A program made the position numbers and the translations under genes. A stretch of 64,000 nucleotides of DNA from NCBI GenBank assembly GCA_046290225.1, contig JBKAGE010000034.1, positions 480,001 to 544,000 of the forward strand, given 5' to 3'. The notes under the pieces were generated by a model. The model worked only from the letters and a program-made list of their open reading frames with translations. It had not been told where the DNA came from and made no database searches. Position 1 is the first letter of the stretch, and the number at the start of each line of letters is the position of its first letter. Positions 27,265 through 38,616 of this stretch are shown in pieces. This stretch comes from Bradymonadia bacterium. Lineage in GTDB: Bacteria; Myxococcota_A; Bradymonadia; UBA7976; UBA1532.

Positions 27265-27311
27265 GGCCACAGGCCCCTGTTCCACTCTGGGGTAAACTCA
27301 CCTCTCCATCA

Positions 27312-27340
27312 TTGACTGGCGGCACAGGCTTCTTTAACGT
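27312..27340 (+). promoter_or_regulatory. Putative promoter of the Ser/Thr kinase
   Basis: TTGACT-17-TAACGT. Confidence 0.5.
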
Positions 27341-27360
27341 CTGACTCGATTTCAACCTGA

Positions 27361-30093
<2,733 letters not shown>

Positions 30094-30119
30094 TCACCGT
30101 GGTGCGTTCACCACGATGA
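30094..30119. terminator. Hairpin immediately after the kinase stop
   Basis: TCACCGTGGTG-CGTT-CACCACGATGA, with no U-tract. Confidence 0.35.
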
Positions 30120-30231
30120 CCGCCCGCACACACCTGATCTTGCACCACAACAGCCCCGGTGGCACTGTTGCTCCCGGCCCGCTCCACCTCGATGTTGGTT
30201 GTGGTGCAGGCCGAGCACGGTGGGAGTTGAC

Positions 30232-31560
30232 ATGAGTGAGAAGAAAGAGACCGCCAAGTCGGCGGCAAAGCCCAAGGGCAAGACAGATCCACGCGAGGCG
30301 ATGGATCCGCCCAACGTCTACCAGCTGGCCCAGGCACAGTTGAGCCGAGCGGCCAAGGCCCTCGACCTCGACGCCAAGGTGCTGACGATCCTCAACCAGC
30401 CCAAGAACGAGCTGATCGTGAACTTCCCGGTGAGGATGGATGACGGCAGCTACAAACTGTTCAAGGGCTACCGGATCCAGCACAACAACATCATGGGGCC
30501 CTACAAGGGCGGCATGCGCTATCACCACGAGGTGCACCTCGACGAGGTCAAGGCGCTGGCCTCGTGGATGACCTGGAAGTCGGCCTTGATGGAGATCCCC
30601 TTCGGCGGCGCCAAGGGCGGCATCAAGTTCAACCCTCGGGATCACAGCGAGGGTGAGCTCGAGCGCATCACCCGGCGGTTCACCCACGCCCTCGGGGCCA
30701 ACATCGGGCCCAAGCACGACATCCCCGCGCCAGACATGGGCACCAACGCCCAGACCATGGTGTGGATGATGGACACCTACATGAACACGGGGAGCACCGA
30801 CAGCAAGAACTCCCAGCGTGGTGTCGTCACGGGCAAGTCCATCACTTCTGGCGGCTCTCTCGGTCGTGAGAAGGCCACGGGCCAGGGCCTCATCTTCACC
30901 CTGCTCGAGTGGGCCAGGGAGAACAACTTCAGCATCGACGGCGCCACGGTGGTGGTGCAGGGCTTCGGGAACGTGGGCTCCCACGCCGCCCGTATCCTCA
31001 CCCGCCTCGGCGCTGTAGTCATCGGCGTGGCTGATCACACTGGGGCCATCGGCTTCCCCGAGGGTTTCCACCCCGGCCGTCTGATGGAGTTCAGCAAGAA
31101 GAACGGCGGCATCGCCGGCTACCCCAATGGGCAGCCCCTCTCCGTAGAGGAGTTCTTCAGCATCAAGTGCGACATCTTCATTCCCGCAGCCCTCGAGGGG
31201 CAGATCACCCAGACCACTGCCCCCTTGATGGACTGCAAGGTCGTGGCAGAGGGCGCCAACGGGCCCACTGATCTGCGCGGCGAGAAGATCCTCGAGGACA
31301 AGGGCGTAGACATTCTGCCCGACGTGCTCGCCAACGCTGGCGGGGTCACCGTGAGCTACTTCGAGTGGCTGCAGAACCACCGCTCGGAGCAGTGGCCCGA
31401 GGAAGAGGTCGACCAGCGCCTCGAGAAGAAGATCCAGCAGGCCTACAAGACCATGCGCCGCATCGCCCGGGAGCACGGCGTGAACAACCGTACGGCGGCC
31501 TACATGCACGCGCTCTCGCGCATCCAGCAGGTGTACCGCGAGCGCGGCATCTTCCCCTGA
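30232..31560 (+). CDS. gdhA: Glu/Leu/Phe/Val dehydrogenase (glutamate dehydrogenase)
   Basis: GPYKGGMRY, FGGAKGG, DIPAPDMGT, QGFGNVG, EGANGP and NAGGVTVSYFEW. Confidence 0.93.
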   Translation: MSEKKETAKSAAKPKGKTDPREAMDPPNVYQLAQAQLSRAAKALDLDAKVLTILNQPKNELIVNFPVRMDDGSYKLFKGYRIQHNNIMGPYKGGMRYHHEVHLDEVKALASWMTWKSALMEIPFGGAKGGIKFNPRDHSEGELERITRRFTHALGANIGPKHDIPAPDMGTNAQTMVWMMDTYMNTGSTDSKNSQRGVVTGKSITSGGSLGREKATGQGLIFTLLEWARENNFSIDGATVVVQGFGNVGSHAARILTRLGAVVIGVADHTGAIGFPEGFHPGRLMEFSKKNGGIAGYPNGQPLSVEEFFSIKCDIFIPAALEGQITQTTAPLMDCKVVAEGANGPTDLRGEKILEDKGVDILPDVLANAGGVTVSYFEWLQNHRSEQWPEEEVDQRLEKKIQQAYKTMRRIAREHGVNNRTAAYMHALSRIQQVYRERGIFP

Positions 31561-31632
31561 TCTGCCCCACCCCCATCAAAAACAGGGAATCTCAGCGCGC
31601 GCTCCGGTGTGTGTTTCAGGTGTCCACCCGAA

Positions 31633-32298
31633 ATGCACACCACGGAGCAGCCCATGCCGCAGGATCCCCAGCCGACCTCCCAACTCGATCAACTGATTCG
31701 CTACGAAGTGAACCGCGTGCTGCGCTACCCGGCGCCCACCCCACTCGCTCGATGTGATCTCTACGCCTATGCCCAGCTCGGGCTGCTCGAAGCCCGGCAC
31801 AGGTACCAGGTCAGTCGAGGCCCCTTTGGCCCCTATGCTCAGCGATGGATCAGGGGCACCCTCATGCAAGGCCTTCGGTCTCACAGCCCCATCAGCAGAC
31901 GGGCGGCAGAGCGCTTGGGTCGGGAGAGCGAAGCGCTCAGCGCATCGGACAGCGCGCTGGCGTGGCAAAACCACCTCGCTCAGATCGGCGAAGCGGTCAC
32001 CGCTCAGGCTTCAGGGGCTGATCCCGAAACAGCCTTGGAGCAGGCCCAGTTGATGCAGCGCCTGAGATCAGCTTTGGGTCAACTGCCCGAAGAAGAGCGA
32101 GAGGTGATCGAAGCGATCTACGACCTGCATCAGACTGGAGACTCTGGGGCTGCTTGGGGGCGCCGCAAGGGGTTGAGTCGCTCCGCGGTGAGCCGTCGGC
32201 ACCACAGGGCCCTCGGGCGGCTCGCTCACGCCATCGAGGCCCCTCGCCGGCTCAGAGGCTGTCGTCCCCCTTGCCGATCCGGTGTCGGGGATCGCTGA
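31633..32298 (+). CDS. Sigma-70 family factor, FliA/WhiG-like, divergent
   Basis: Region 2 (DL..AQLGLLEARHRY..FGPYAQRWIRG) and region 4 (ALGQLPEEEREVI..LSRSAVSRRHHRALGRL). Start uncertain. Confidence 0.7.
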   Translation: MHTTEQPMPQDPQPTSQLDQLIRYEVNRVLRYPAPTPLARCDLYAYAQLGLLEARHRYQVSRGPFGPYAQRWIRGTLMQGLRSHSPISRRAAERLGRESEALSASDSALAWQNHLAQIGEAVTAQASGADPETALEQAQLMQRLRSALGQLPEEEREVIEAIYDLHQTGDSGAAWGRRKGLSRSAVSRRHHRALGRLAHAIEAPRRLRGCRPPCRSGVGDR

Positions 32299-34669
32299 GG
32301 GCCTCGGGCATGTCGCTGGTCTCCGTGTCCACCTGGGGCCACACAGAGCCCGAGAGGCTGCCGGAGTCATCTTCCCGGATGTTCTTGAGCACCTGAGAGA
32401 AGGTCTTCTTCGACAACGCCGGATCGTCCAGCGCCGCATCAGGCCGGGGGGCTTCCTTCACCTCGGCGGTGGGCCCTCGATCCGAGGACGGGTTGGGCAT
32501 GCCCTCGGTGAGATCGTCCTCGTCATCCTCTGGCAACCGACCAAGGGCGAGCCTCAAGGCGTCGTCATCGATGACGTCGTGCACAGTGGTGGGGGCCAGC
32601 TCGTTGCCCACCTTGGCGATTTGCATGGTGCCCGCCATCGAGGCCGGATCGATGGAAGCGTCCCCTTCGATGACGATGGGCCCTGTAGGCCTCAGCGCGC
32701 CGACGATGGGTCTCACGGCCGTGGTGCGGCTCAGGCTGACTTCTTCTTCGGGTACAGGTTCTTCGGGTACAGGGGTCGGCGCTGGTGTCGCCGCCTTCTC
32801 TTCTGAGGGCGGCGAGGAAGCGTTGTTCTCAGCATCTTGAGGACGCGTGGCGCCCCGTCGGCGGCGGGAGACTGGCACCGTAGTGGGGGCCAGCGAGTCT
32901 CCAGCACCCACCTCGTCCACGCGCCCCGCGGATGTCTCTATGGACTCGCTCGAGCCATCGTGAGAGGCATCGGAGTCGTCTCCTGCGCTCAGAGCGGCCA
33001 GCCCTTGGGGCAGAGCAGCCCGGCTTGAGGGCGTGATGTCAGAAGACTGAGATCCGTCAGAGGAGGCATCGGCAAGATCCTGCCCGCTGCGGCGATCCGT
33101 CTTGGCGACCTCTGTGTCGTGTACGCTGTCGATGCTGCCCATGCTGGGGTCGTATTGCACCATGATGCTGTCGGCATCATCGGCATCCTGGTCGCCGCTC
33201 TCGTCCGCCCTCAGATCCGAACTGGGGCGAGCGCCCGAGTCACTCGGCAAGGGCCGACCCACCATGGGCATGTCGTCCATGGAGTCGTGCACGCTGCCGG
33301 GGATCTCTGGTGCAATCGACGCGCTGCCGTTGGGGAAGTCGGCCTCTGAGCCTGTGGGCGTCGGCGGACCCAGAGAAGGCGTCATCACCGGGCCGAGCAG
33401 ATCGTCGGGGATGTCGGGGATGGGCACCTGGGCAGTCGGCTGCTCGACGTCGCGGGTGTTCACGCGAGGGGTGGATGGCTGAGCCACCGTCTGAGCACTG
33501 GGGCTCGCGATGGCGCCCGGGTCGGCGGGGGCATCCTCAATGAGGGAAGACAGCCCTCTGGCCTCACTCAACATGCTGGCCATGGGCGGCCCATTCAGCG
33601 TCGCGGGCCCCCCCGGCATCTGCGGCACCACTGCAGGTTGAGCGGCCTGGCTGGAGATCTGACGCCCAGTCCACTCTGCCTCCAGAGCAGCGGCGTGTGG
33701 CGTGGCGACGAGCTGACCGCTCACGCCGCCCTGCCAGCTGAACGCCAGCTCCACGGACACCTGACCTTCGTGGCACCTGACGCTGTGCACCTCACGGACG
33801 CGCTGGTCCTGACCGAGGACGAGGGTGATGTCGAGGCCAGCGCCCAAAAGCCCGGCGACGGCGCGATCTCGCGGCGCGGTGGCCGCGGCCCGGGCCAGAG
33901 CCTCGAGCCGTGCGAGGGCGTCACCAGAGGTGGCCCCCGGGAGCGCTACGGCCATGGGGGCCATGCGCTCGGCGAGGAGCGAGACGACATCCCAGGCGTC
34001 TGCCCGCTTGACCTCGTTGAGGCACACTCGATCAGCCGACATGCGCCCTGCGCAGTACAGCAGCTCTCCGGTGGTGACCCCACCATCACCCTCAACGCGT
34101 CTCGGCACGAGGCGGACCACTTCTCGCTCACCGAAATCGAGCTCGGGGAACTCCTCGACGACGACCACCCTGGCGATCTCCGGTAAGAGTGCGGTGATGG
34201 CCTCGAGCACTCTGGCTCGCCCGGTGGCCGCGGGCCCCACGACGGCGATGTTGAGGCCTCGATCGAGGGCTGCACGCAAAAACGGACGCAAGGGCTGGGG
34301 CAGCAGGCGAGCGAGGGTGAGGGTCGGCTCTCCCCCACCGCCACTGGGCCGCGTGATGGAGAGCAGCGGCCCGCCCTTCACCGCAGGCGGACGAATGGCG
34401 AGAAATCGGGTGCCATCTTTGAGCAGGGCTTCGAGATACGGGCGCTGCTCATCGAAGGGCTTGCGGGCCCGACGGGCGAGGCCGTCGAGGCTGTCGCTCA
34501 GCGCCCGACTGCTGTAGTGCACCGGTGCGCGGACCACCCGACCCTCACGCTCGACAAAGACCCGATCGGCGCCATCGACCAGAATCTTGCTCACCTGCTC
34601 GTCTCGAAGCAGGGCGTCGAGGGGGGCGAACAATCGCAGCAGGGGCGCGGGGATGGCCGCCACAGGCAT
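32252..34669 (-). CDS. CpaF/TadA/VirB11-like ATPase, catalytically degenerate, with long acidic disordered tail
   Basis: LLRDEQVSKILVDGADRVFVEREG and P..EALLKDGTR. Walker A position reads GPAATGRA and Walker B reads DRVCLNEV. Confidence 0.75.
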   Translation of the reverse strand: MPVAAIPAPLLRLFAPLDALLRDEQVSKILVDGADRVFVEREGRVVRAPVHYSSRALSDSLDGLARRARKPFDEQRPYLEALLKDGTRFLAIRPPAVKGGPLLSITRPSGGGGEPTLTLARLLPQPLRPFLRAALDRGLNIAVVGPAATGRARVLEAITALLPEIARVVVVEEFPELDFGEREVVRLVPRRVEGDGGVTTGELLYCAGRMSADRVCLNEVKRADAWDVVSLLAERMAPMAVALPGATSGDALARLEALARAAATAPRDRAVAGLLGAGLDITLVLGQDQRVREVHSVRCHEGQVSVELAFSWQGGVSGQLVATPHAAALEAEWTGRQISSQAAQPAVVPQMPGGPATLNGPPMASMLSEARGLSSLIEDAPADPGAIASPSAQTVAQPSTPRVNTRDVEQPTAQVPIPDIPDDLLGPVMTPSLGPPTPTGSEADFPNGSASIAPEIPGSVHDSMDDMPMVGRPLPSDSGARPSSDLRADESGDQDADDADSIMVQYDPSMGSIDSVHDTEVAKTDRRSGQDLADASSDGSQSSDITPSSRAALPQGLAALSAGDDSDASHDGSSESIETSAGRVDEVGAGDSLAPTTVPVSRRRRGATRPQDAENNASSPPSEEKAATPAPTPVPEEPVPEEEVSLSRTTAVRPIVGALRPTGPIVIEGDASIDPASMAGTMQIAKVGNELAPTTVHDVIDDDALRLALGRLPEDDEDDLTEGMPNPSSDRGPTAEVKEAPRPDAALDDPALSKKTFSQVLKNIREDDSGSLSGSVWPQVDTETSDMPEALSDPRHRIGKGDDSL

Positions 34670-34929
34670 GTCTCCGTAAGATTAAGCGATGATGGATTGC
34701 ACCCATGGCGCGACCACAGGCATCCCCATCGAATGGTGGGTCGTGAGCATAAAGGAGCCCGTTCCTGCTGTGCAATCGACCCGTTGACCGTGACGGCAGA
34801 ACGGCGTGTTTGACAGGCTGCCCCAACTTTGGGCATCAATATCGACTTGCGCCGAACATGGACCGGTACATTGACCTCTACAGCGTCGGCATGTTAGCCA
34901 TCCCACGCTGAAACGGTGAGTGGGCTTTG

Positions 34930-35484
34930 ATGCAGCGATTCTCCCTGTTGCTGGTGTTGTGCGTGATCCCCCTGGGGTTCGCTGCGCCTGCTTTTGCGGA
35001 GATCGGCACATGCATCACCGCCAACGGGGTCCCCGTCTCACCCTGGTCCGACGCTCAAGACCCGGCCTGTGGCGCCGATTGTGGCGCTGAAGGGGTGGTC
35101 TACGAGTTCCCCCCAGCAGAGTTCCTCGACGTCCCTCCAGAAGCGACCCCCTGTGAAGACGAAGAGATCGGCGTGTGCACGCTCGCCGATCAGGCCCTGC
35201 CTCCGCTCTCGGCCCTCGTGCCGTCGAAGGTGGCATATGATCCGCCTGCTGATCAGGACGGACCACGGTGCCTTTACGATGGCCCAGAGTGCCAGCCCGC
35301 GGCACCCTTCCCCGCACAACTTCGGCTGGCCATGAGCGACATCGCTCCGGGTGGCCACGTGGCATCGGCCTCTGTGGGCCGACCCAAGCCCCCCGGGCGT
35401 CTGCCCGCTGTCGCAGGCTTCGCTGCGCCCCCCACTCACACGCCCTGGCTGGCGATCCCCGAGTCTCCCCCTCCACGGGTCTGA
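34930..35484 (+). CDS. Secreted Cys-rich protein with C-terminal Pro motif; candidate CutF-like regulatory leader
   Basis: Signal peptide (..APAFA), 7 Cys in the mature part including CxxxC, ends IPESPPPRV. A TTGACC promoter-like element lies at 34871. Confidence 0.6.
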   Translation: MQRFSLLLVLCVIPLGFAAPAFAEIGTCITANGVPVSPWSDAQDPACGADCGAEGVVYEFPPAEFLDVPPEATPCEDEEIGVCTLADQALPPLSALVPSKVAYDPPADQDGPRCLYDGPECQPAAPFPAQLRLAMSDIAPGGHVASASVGRPKPPGRLPAVAGFAAPPTHTPWLAIPESPPPRV

Positions 35485-35496
35485 TCCACATCTGCA

Positions 35497-35666
35497 CATG
35501 CTCTCGTGGTCCATGGTGACCTCGGAGAGAGAGTTGATGGCGAGGTGTCGGCGGCGTGGTCCGCTCGACGCCGTGAGTAATTCTGTACCAAATTCAGATA
35601 TCCAAACCGCGCCTGCCCGACGTACGGGTGGCGTGCATCAGTGCCTTTGAAAGGGCCATAGAGATG
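35497..35666 (+). promoter_or_regulatory. Predicted mRNA helix sequestering the SD and AUG of the multi-DsbA gene
   Basis: CATGCTCTCGTGGTCC (35497-35512) is complementary to GGGCCATAGAGATG (35653-35666), 14 pairs with 2 single bulges, paired by hand. Confidence 0.45.
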
Positions 35667-38297
35667 AAAAAAGAAGTAGTGATCCTCGGCTTCGTGGTGA
35701 TCGCCGCCGCGGCCTTCGGCATCAGCCGTATGACCGCCAGCGACGACGCCCCCGAGACGAACAAGAAGCAGGTGGCCGACACCGCCAAGCCTGCTGACAA
35801 GGCCAACGCCGACAAGGGCGGCGCCAAGGCCCCCGCTGCAGGCAACGCCGCCAAGGCCGTGGCCAAGGGCGGCGACGCCGGCAACAAGATCCCCGTGGGC
35901 ACCAGCTACGGCAAGGGCGGCAACGCCGAAGAGGCCCTCGTGACCATCGTGGAGTTCTCGGACTTCCAATGCCCCTTCTGCTCCCGCGTCAACCCCACGC
36001 TCAAGCAGATCGACGAGACCTACGGCAAGAAGGTCCGCGTGGTCTTCAAGCACAACCCCCTGCCCTTCCACAAGGACGCCCCCCTGGCCTCCGAGGCCGC
36101 CCTCGCCGCCGGTGAGCAGGGCAAGTTCTGGGAGATGCACGACAAGCTCTTTCAGAACCAGAAGGCTCTCAAGCGTCCCGAGCTGGAGAAGTACGCCAGC
36201 GAGCTGGGCCTCGACATGGACAAGTTCAAGTCCGCCCTCGACGGCGGCAAGTTCAAGAAGGCCGTCGCCGACGACATGGCCCTCGCCAGCAAGGTGGGCG
36301 CCCGTGGTACCCCCAACTTCTTCGTCAACGGTGTGCAGATCACCGGCGCCCGCCCCTTCCCCAGCTTCAAGGAGGTCATCGATGCCGAGCTGAAGAAGGC
36401 TGAGGAGATGGCCAAGGCCGGCAAGACCCCTGCCGAGATCTACACCGCCATGGTGAACAAGAACTGGAAGGCCCCCGCCCCCCGCAAGGCCAACCCCAAG
36501 GCCGACGACAAGAGCATCTACAAGGTGCCCGTGGGCGCCAGCTACGCCAAGGGCCCCGCGGACGCTCAGGTCACCATCGTGGAGTTCTCCGAGTTCCAAT
36601 GCCCCTTCTGCTCCCGCGTCAACCCCACCATGGCCAAGATCCAGCAGGAGTACGGAGACAAGGTCCGCATCGTCTTCAAGCACAACCCCCTGCCCTTCCA
36701 CAAGGACGCCTTCCCCGCCGCCCTGGCCTCCGAGGCCGCTGGCAAGCAGGGCAAGTTCTGGGAGATGCACGACAAGCTCTTCGCCAACCAGAAGGCCCTC
36801 AAGGCCGACAACCTGAACGCCTACGCCACCGAGCTGGGCCTCGACATGGGCAAGTTCAAGGCTGACATGGCCGACAAGACCCTCGAGGCCAAGGTGAAGG
36901 CCGACATGGCCCTCGCCCAGCAGATCGGCGCCCGGGGCACCCCCAACATGTTCATCAACGGCCGCAAGGTCGTGGGCGCCAAGCCCTTCCCCGCCTTCAA
37001 GACCATCATCGACGAAGAGGTGAAGAAGGCCGACAAGCTGATCGCCGCCGGCACCGCCAAGGCTCAGGTCTACGCCAAGCTCACCGAGAAGGGCCTCACC
37101 AAGGCCGCCGCCCCTGCCCCCAAGAAGCGCGCCGAAGACAAGACCATCTACAAGGTCCCCGTCGTCGCCGACAGCTGCAAGGGCCCCGCTGACGCCCTGG
37201 TGACCATCGTGGAGTTCTCCGAGTTCCAATGCCCCTTCTGCAACAAGGTGCTCCCCACCCTGAAGCAGATCGAGAGCACCTACGGCAAGGACGTGCGCGT
37301 GTGCTTCAAGCACAACCCCCTGCCCTTCCACAAGGACGCCCCCCTGGCCAGCCAGGCCGCCATCGCCGCCGGCAAGCAGGGCAAGTTCTCCGAGATGCAC
37401 GACAAGCTCTTCGCCAACCAGCGCGCCCTCAAGGCCGACAACCTCCAGGCCTACGCCAAGGAGATCGGCCTCGACATGGCCAAGTTCAACGCCGATCTCA
37501 ACAGCGACGCGGTGAAGAACGTCATCAAGCAGGACCAGGCCCTCGCCACTCAGATCGGCGCCCGGGGCACCCCGAACTTCTTCATCAACGGCCGCAAGCT
37601 CGTGGGCGCTCAGCCCTTCGCCAGCTTCAAGGGCGTGATCGACGAGCAGAAGAAGGCCGCCGAGGCCCTCGTGGCCAAGGGCACCGCTCGCGCCAACGTG
37701 TACGCCGAGCTCACCAAGAACGGCGCCACCAAGGCTGCCGCCCCCGCCGGCCGCAAGGCCCCCGAGCCCGACAACAAGATCTACTCCGTGAAGGTGAACC
37801 CCGGCGACGCCATCAAGGGCAACAAGAACGCCAAGATCACCATCGTGGAGTTCTCGGACTTCCAATGCCCCTTCTGCTCCCGCGTCAACCCCACCATGGA
37901 CCAGATCCAGAAGGAGTACGGGGACAAGGTCCGCATCGTCTTCAAGCACAACCCCCTGGCCTTCCACAAGGACGCCCCCCTGGCCAGCCAGGCCGCCCTC
38001 GCCGCTGGCGAGCAGGGCAAGTTCTGGGAGATGCACGACATGCTCTTCGCCAACCAGCGCGCCCTCAAGCGCCCTGAGCTGGAGAAGTACGCCACCGAGC
38101 TGGGCCTGAACATGGACAAGTTCAAGTCCGCCCTCGACAGCGGCAAGTACAAGGCCCAGATCGACGCCGACATGGCCCAGGCCCGCGAGCTCGGCGCCCG
38201 TGGCACCCCCACCTTCTTCGTCAACGGCAAGAAGGTCCGTGGTGCTCAGCCCTTCGCCGCCTTCAAGACCGTCATCGACGAGGCGTTGAAGAAGTAA
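35664..38297 (+). CDS. Four-domain DsbA-family thiol:disulfide oxidoreductase
   Basis: N-terminal anchor or signal, then four repeats of TIVEFS(D/E)FQCPFC..FKHNPL..GTP. Strong codon bias. Confidence 0.93.
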   Translation: MKKEVVILGFVVIAAAAFGISRMTASDDAPETNKKQVADTAKPADKANADKGGAKAPAAGNAAKAVAKGGDAGNKIPVGTSYGKGGNAEEALVTIVEFSDFQCPFCSRVNPTLKQIDETYGKKVRVVFKHNPLPFHKDAPLASEAALAAGEQGKFWEMHDKLFQNQKALKRPELEKYASELGLDMDKFKSALDGGKFKKAVADDMALASKVGARGTPNFFVNGVQITGARPFPSFKEVIDAELKKAEEMAKAGKTPAEIYTAMVNKNWKAPAPRKANPKADDKSIYKVPVGASYAKGPADAQVTIVEFSEFQCPFCSRVNPTMAKIQQEYGDKVRIVFKHNPLPFHKDAFPAALASEAAGKQGKFWEMHDKLFANQKALKADNLNAYATELGLDMGKFKADMADKTLEAKVKADMALAQQIGARGTPNMFINGRKVVGAKPFPAFKTIIDEEVKKADKLIAAGTAKAQVYAKLTEKGLTKAAAPAPKKRAEDKTIYKVPVVADSCKGPADALVTIVEFSEFQCPFCNKVLPTLKQIESTYGKDVRVCFKHNPLPFHKDAPLASQAAIAAGKQGKFSEMHDKLFANQRALKADNLQAYAKEIGLDMAKFNADLNSDAVKNVIKQDQALATQIGARGTPNFFINGRKLVGAQPFASFKGVIDEQKKAAEALVAKGTARANVYAELTKNGATKAAAPAGRKAPEPDNKIYSVKVNPGDAIKGNKNAKITIVEFSDFQCPFCSRVNPTMDQIQKEYGDKVRIVFKHNPLAFHKDAPLASQAALAAGEQGKFWEMHDMLFANQRALKRPELEKYATELGLNMDKFKSALDSGKYKAQIDADMAQARELGARGTPTFFVNGKKVRGAQPFAAFKTVIDEALKK
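35943..38290 (+). repeat. Four tandem ~630-bp intragenic repeats
   Basis: ACCATCGTGGAGTTCTC recurs at 35943, 36573, 37203 and 37839. Confidence 0.9.
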
Positions 38298-38303
38298 GCT
38301 CCG

Positions 38304-38360
38304 GCGCTGCGGCTCTGTGGCCCGCCATCTGAGTGGCGATTTGGCGCACAGAGGCGGCGC
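38304..38360 (+). terminator. Long GC-rich hairpin after the multi-DsbA gene
   Basis: Nested arms GCGCTGC/GCGGCGC, CTCTGTG/CACAGAG and CGCCA/TGGCG. Weak U-tail. Confidence 0.4.
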
Positions 38361-38616
38361 TTCCCTCCTCGACGCAGCGCTGCTGCGCCTGCGGGTGAAT
38401 CACCACCCCTGCACACCAACTCACCCCTCAGCTGACGACCCCCAGAACCTCCGCGCCTCCGCGGGGCACGTGCGTGTGTGGGTTGTGGCTCTCTTGGGGT
38501 TGGGTTTCCTGACTTGTTTTCGCGAGATGCTCAGCCTGAGAGTGGTGACTTGATTGCTGATTTTTGTGCCTTCTGATACTCAGGAGCACCATCGGCATCT
38601 ACCAGTCTGATGCCAC

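Noticed and set aside
30157..30173. Sigma54 promoter upstream of gdh
   Set aside because: GG-N10-GC spacing is present but the TGGCAC element is misplaced, so the match is too weak.
30094..31509. 471-aa ORF antisense to gdh (also those antisense to groEL, secDF, the permease and ppx)
   Set aside because: Codon-bias shadows with no independent coding signal.
35436..38036. 866-aa repetitive minus-strand ORF
   Set aside because: Mirror of the four-domain dsbA gene. Its repeats derive from the sense gene.
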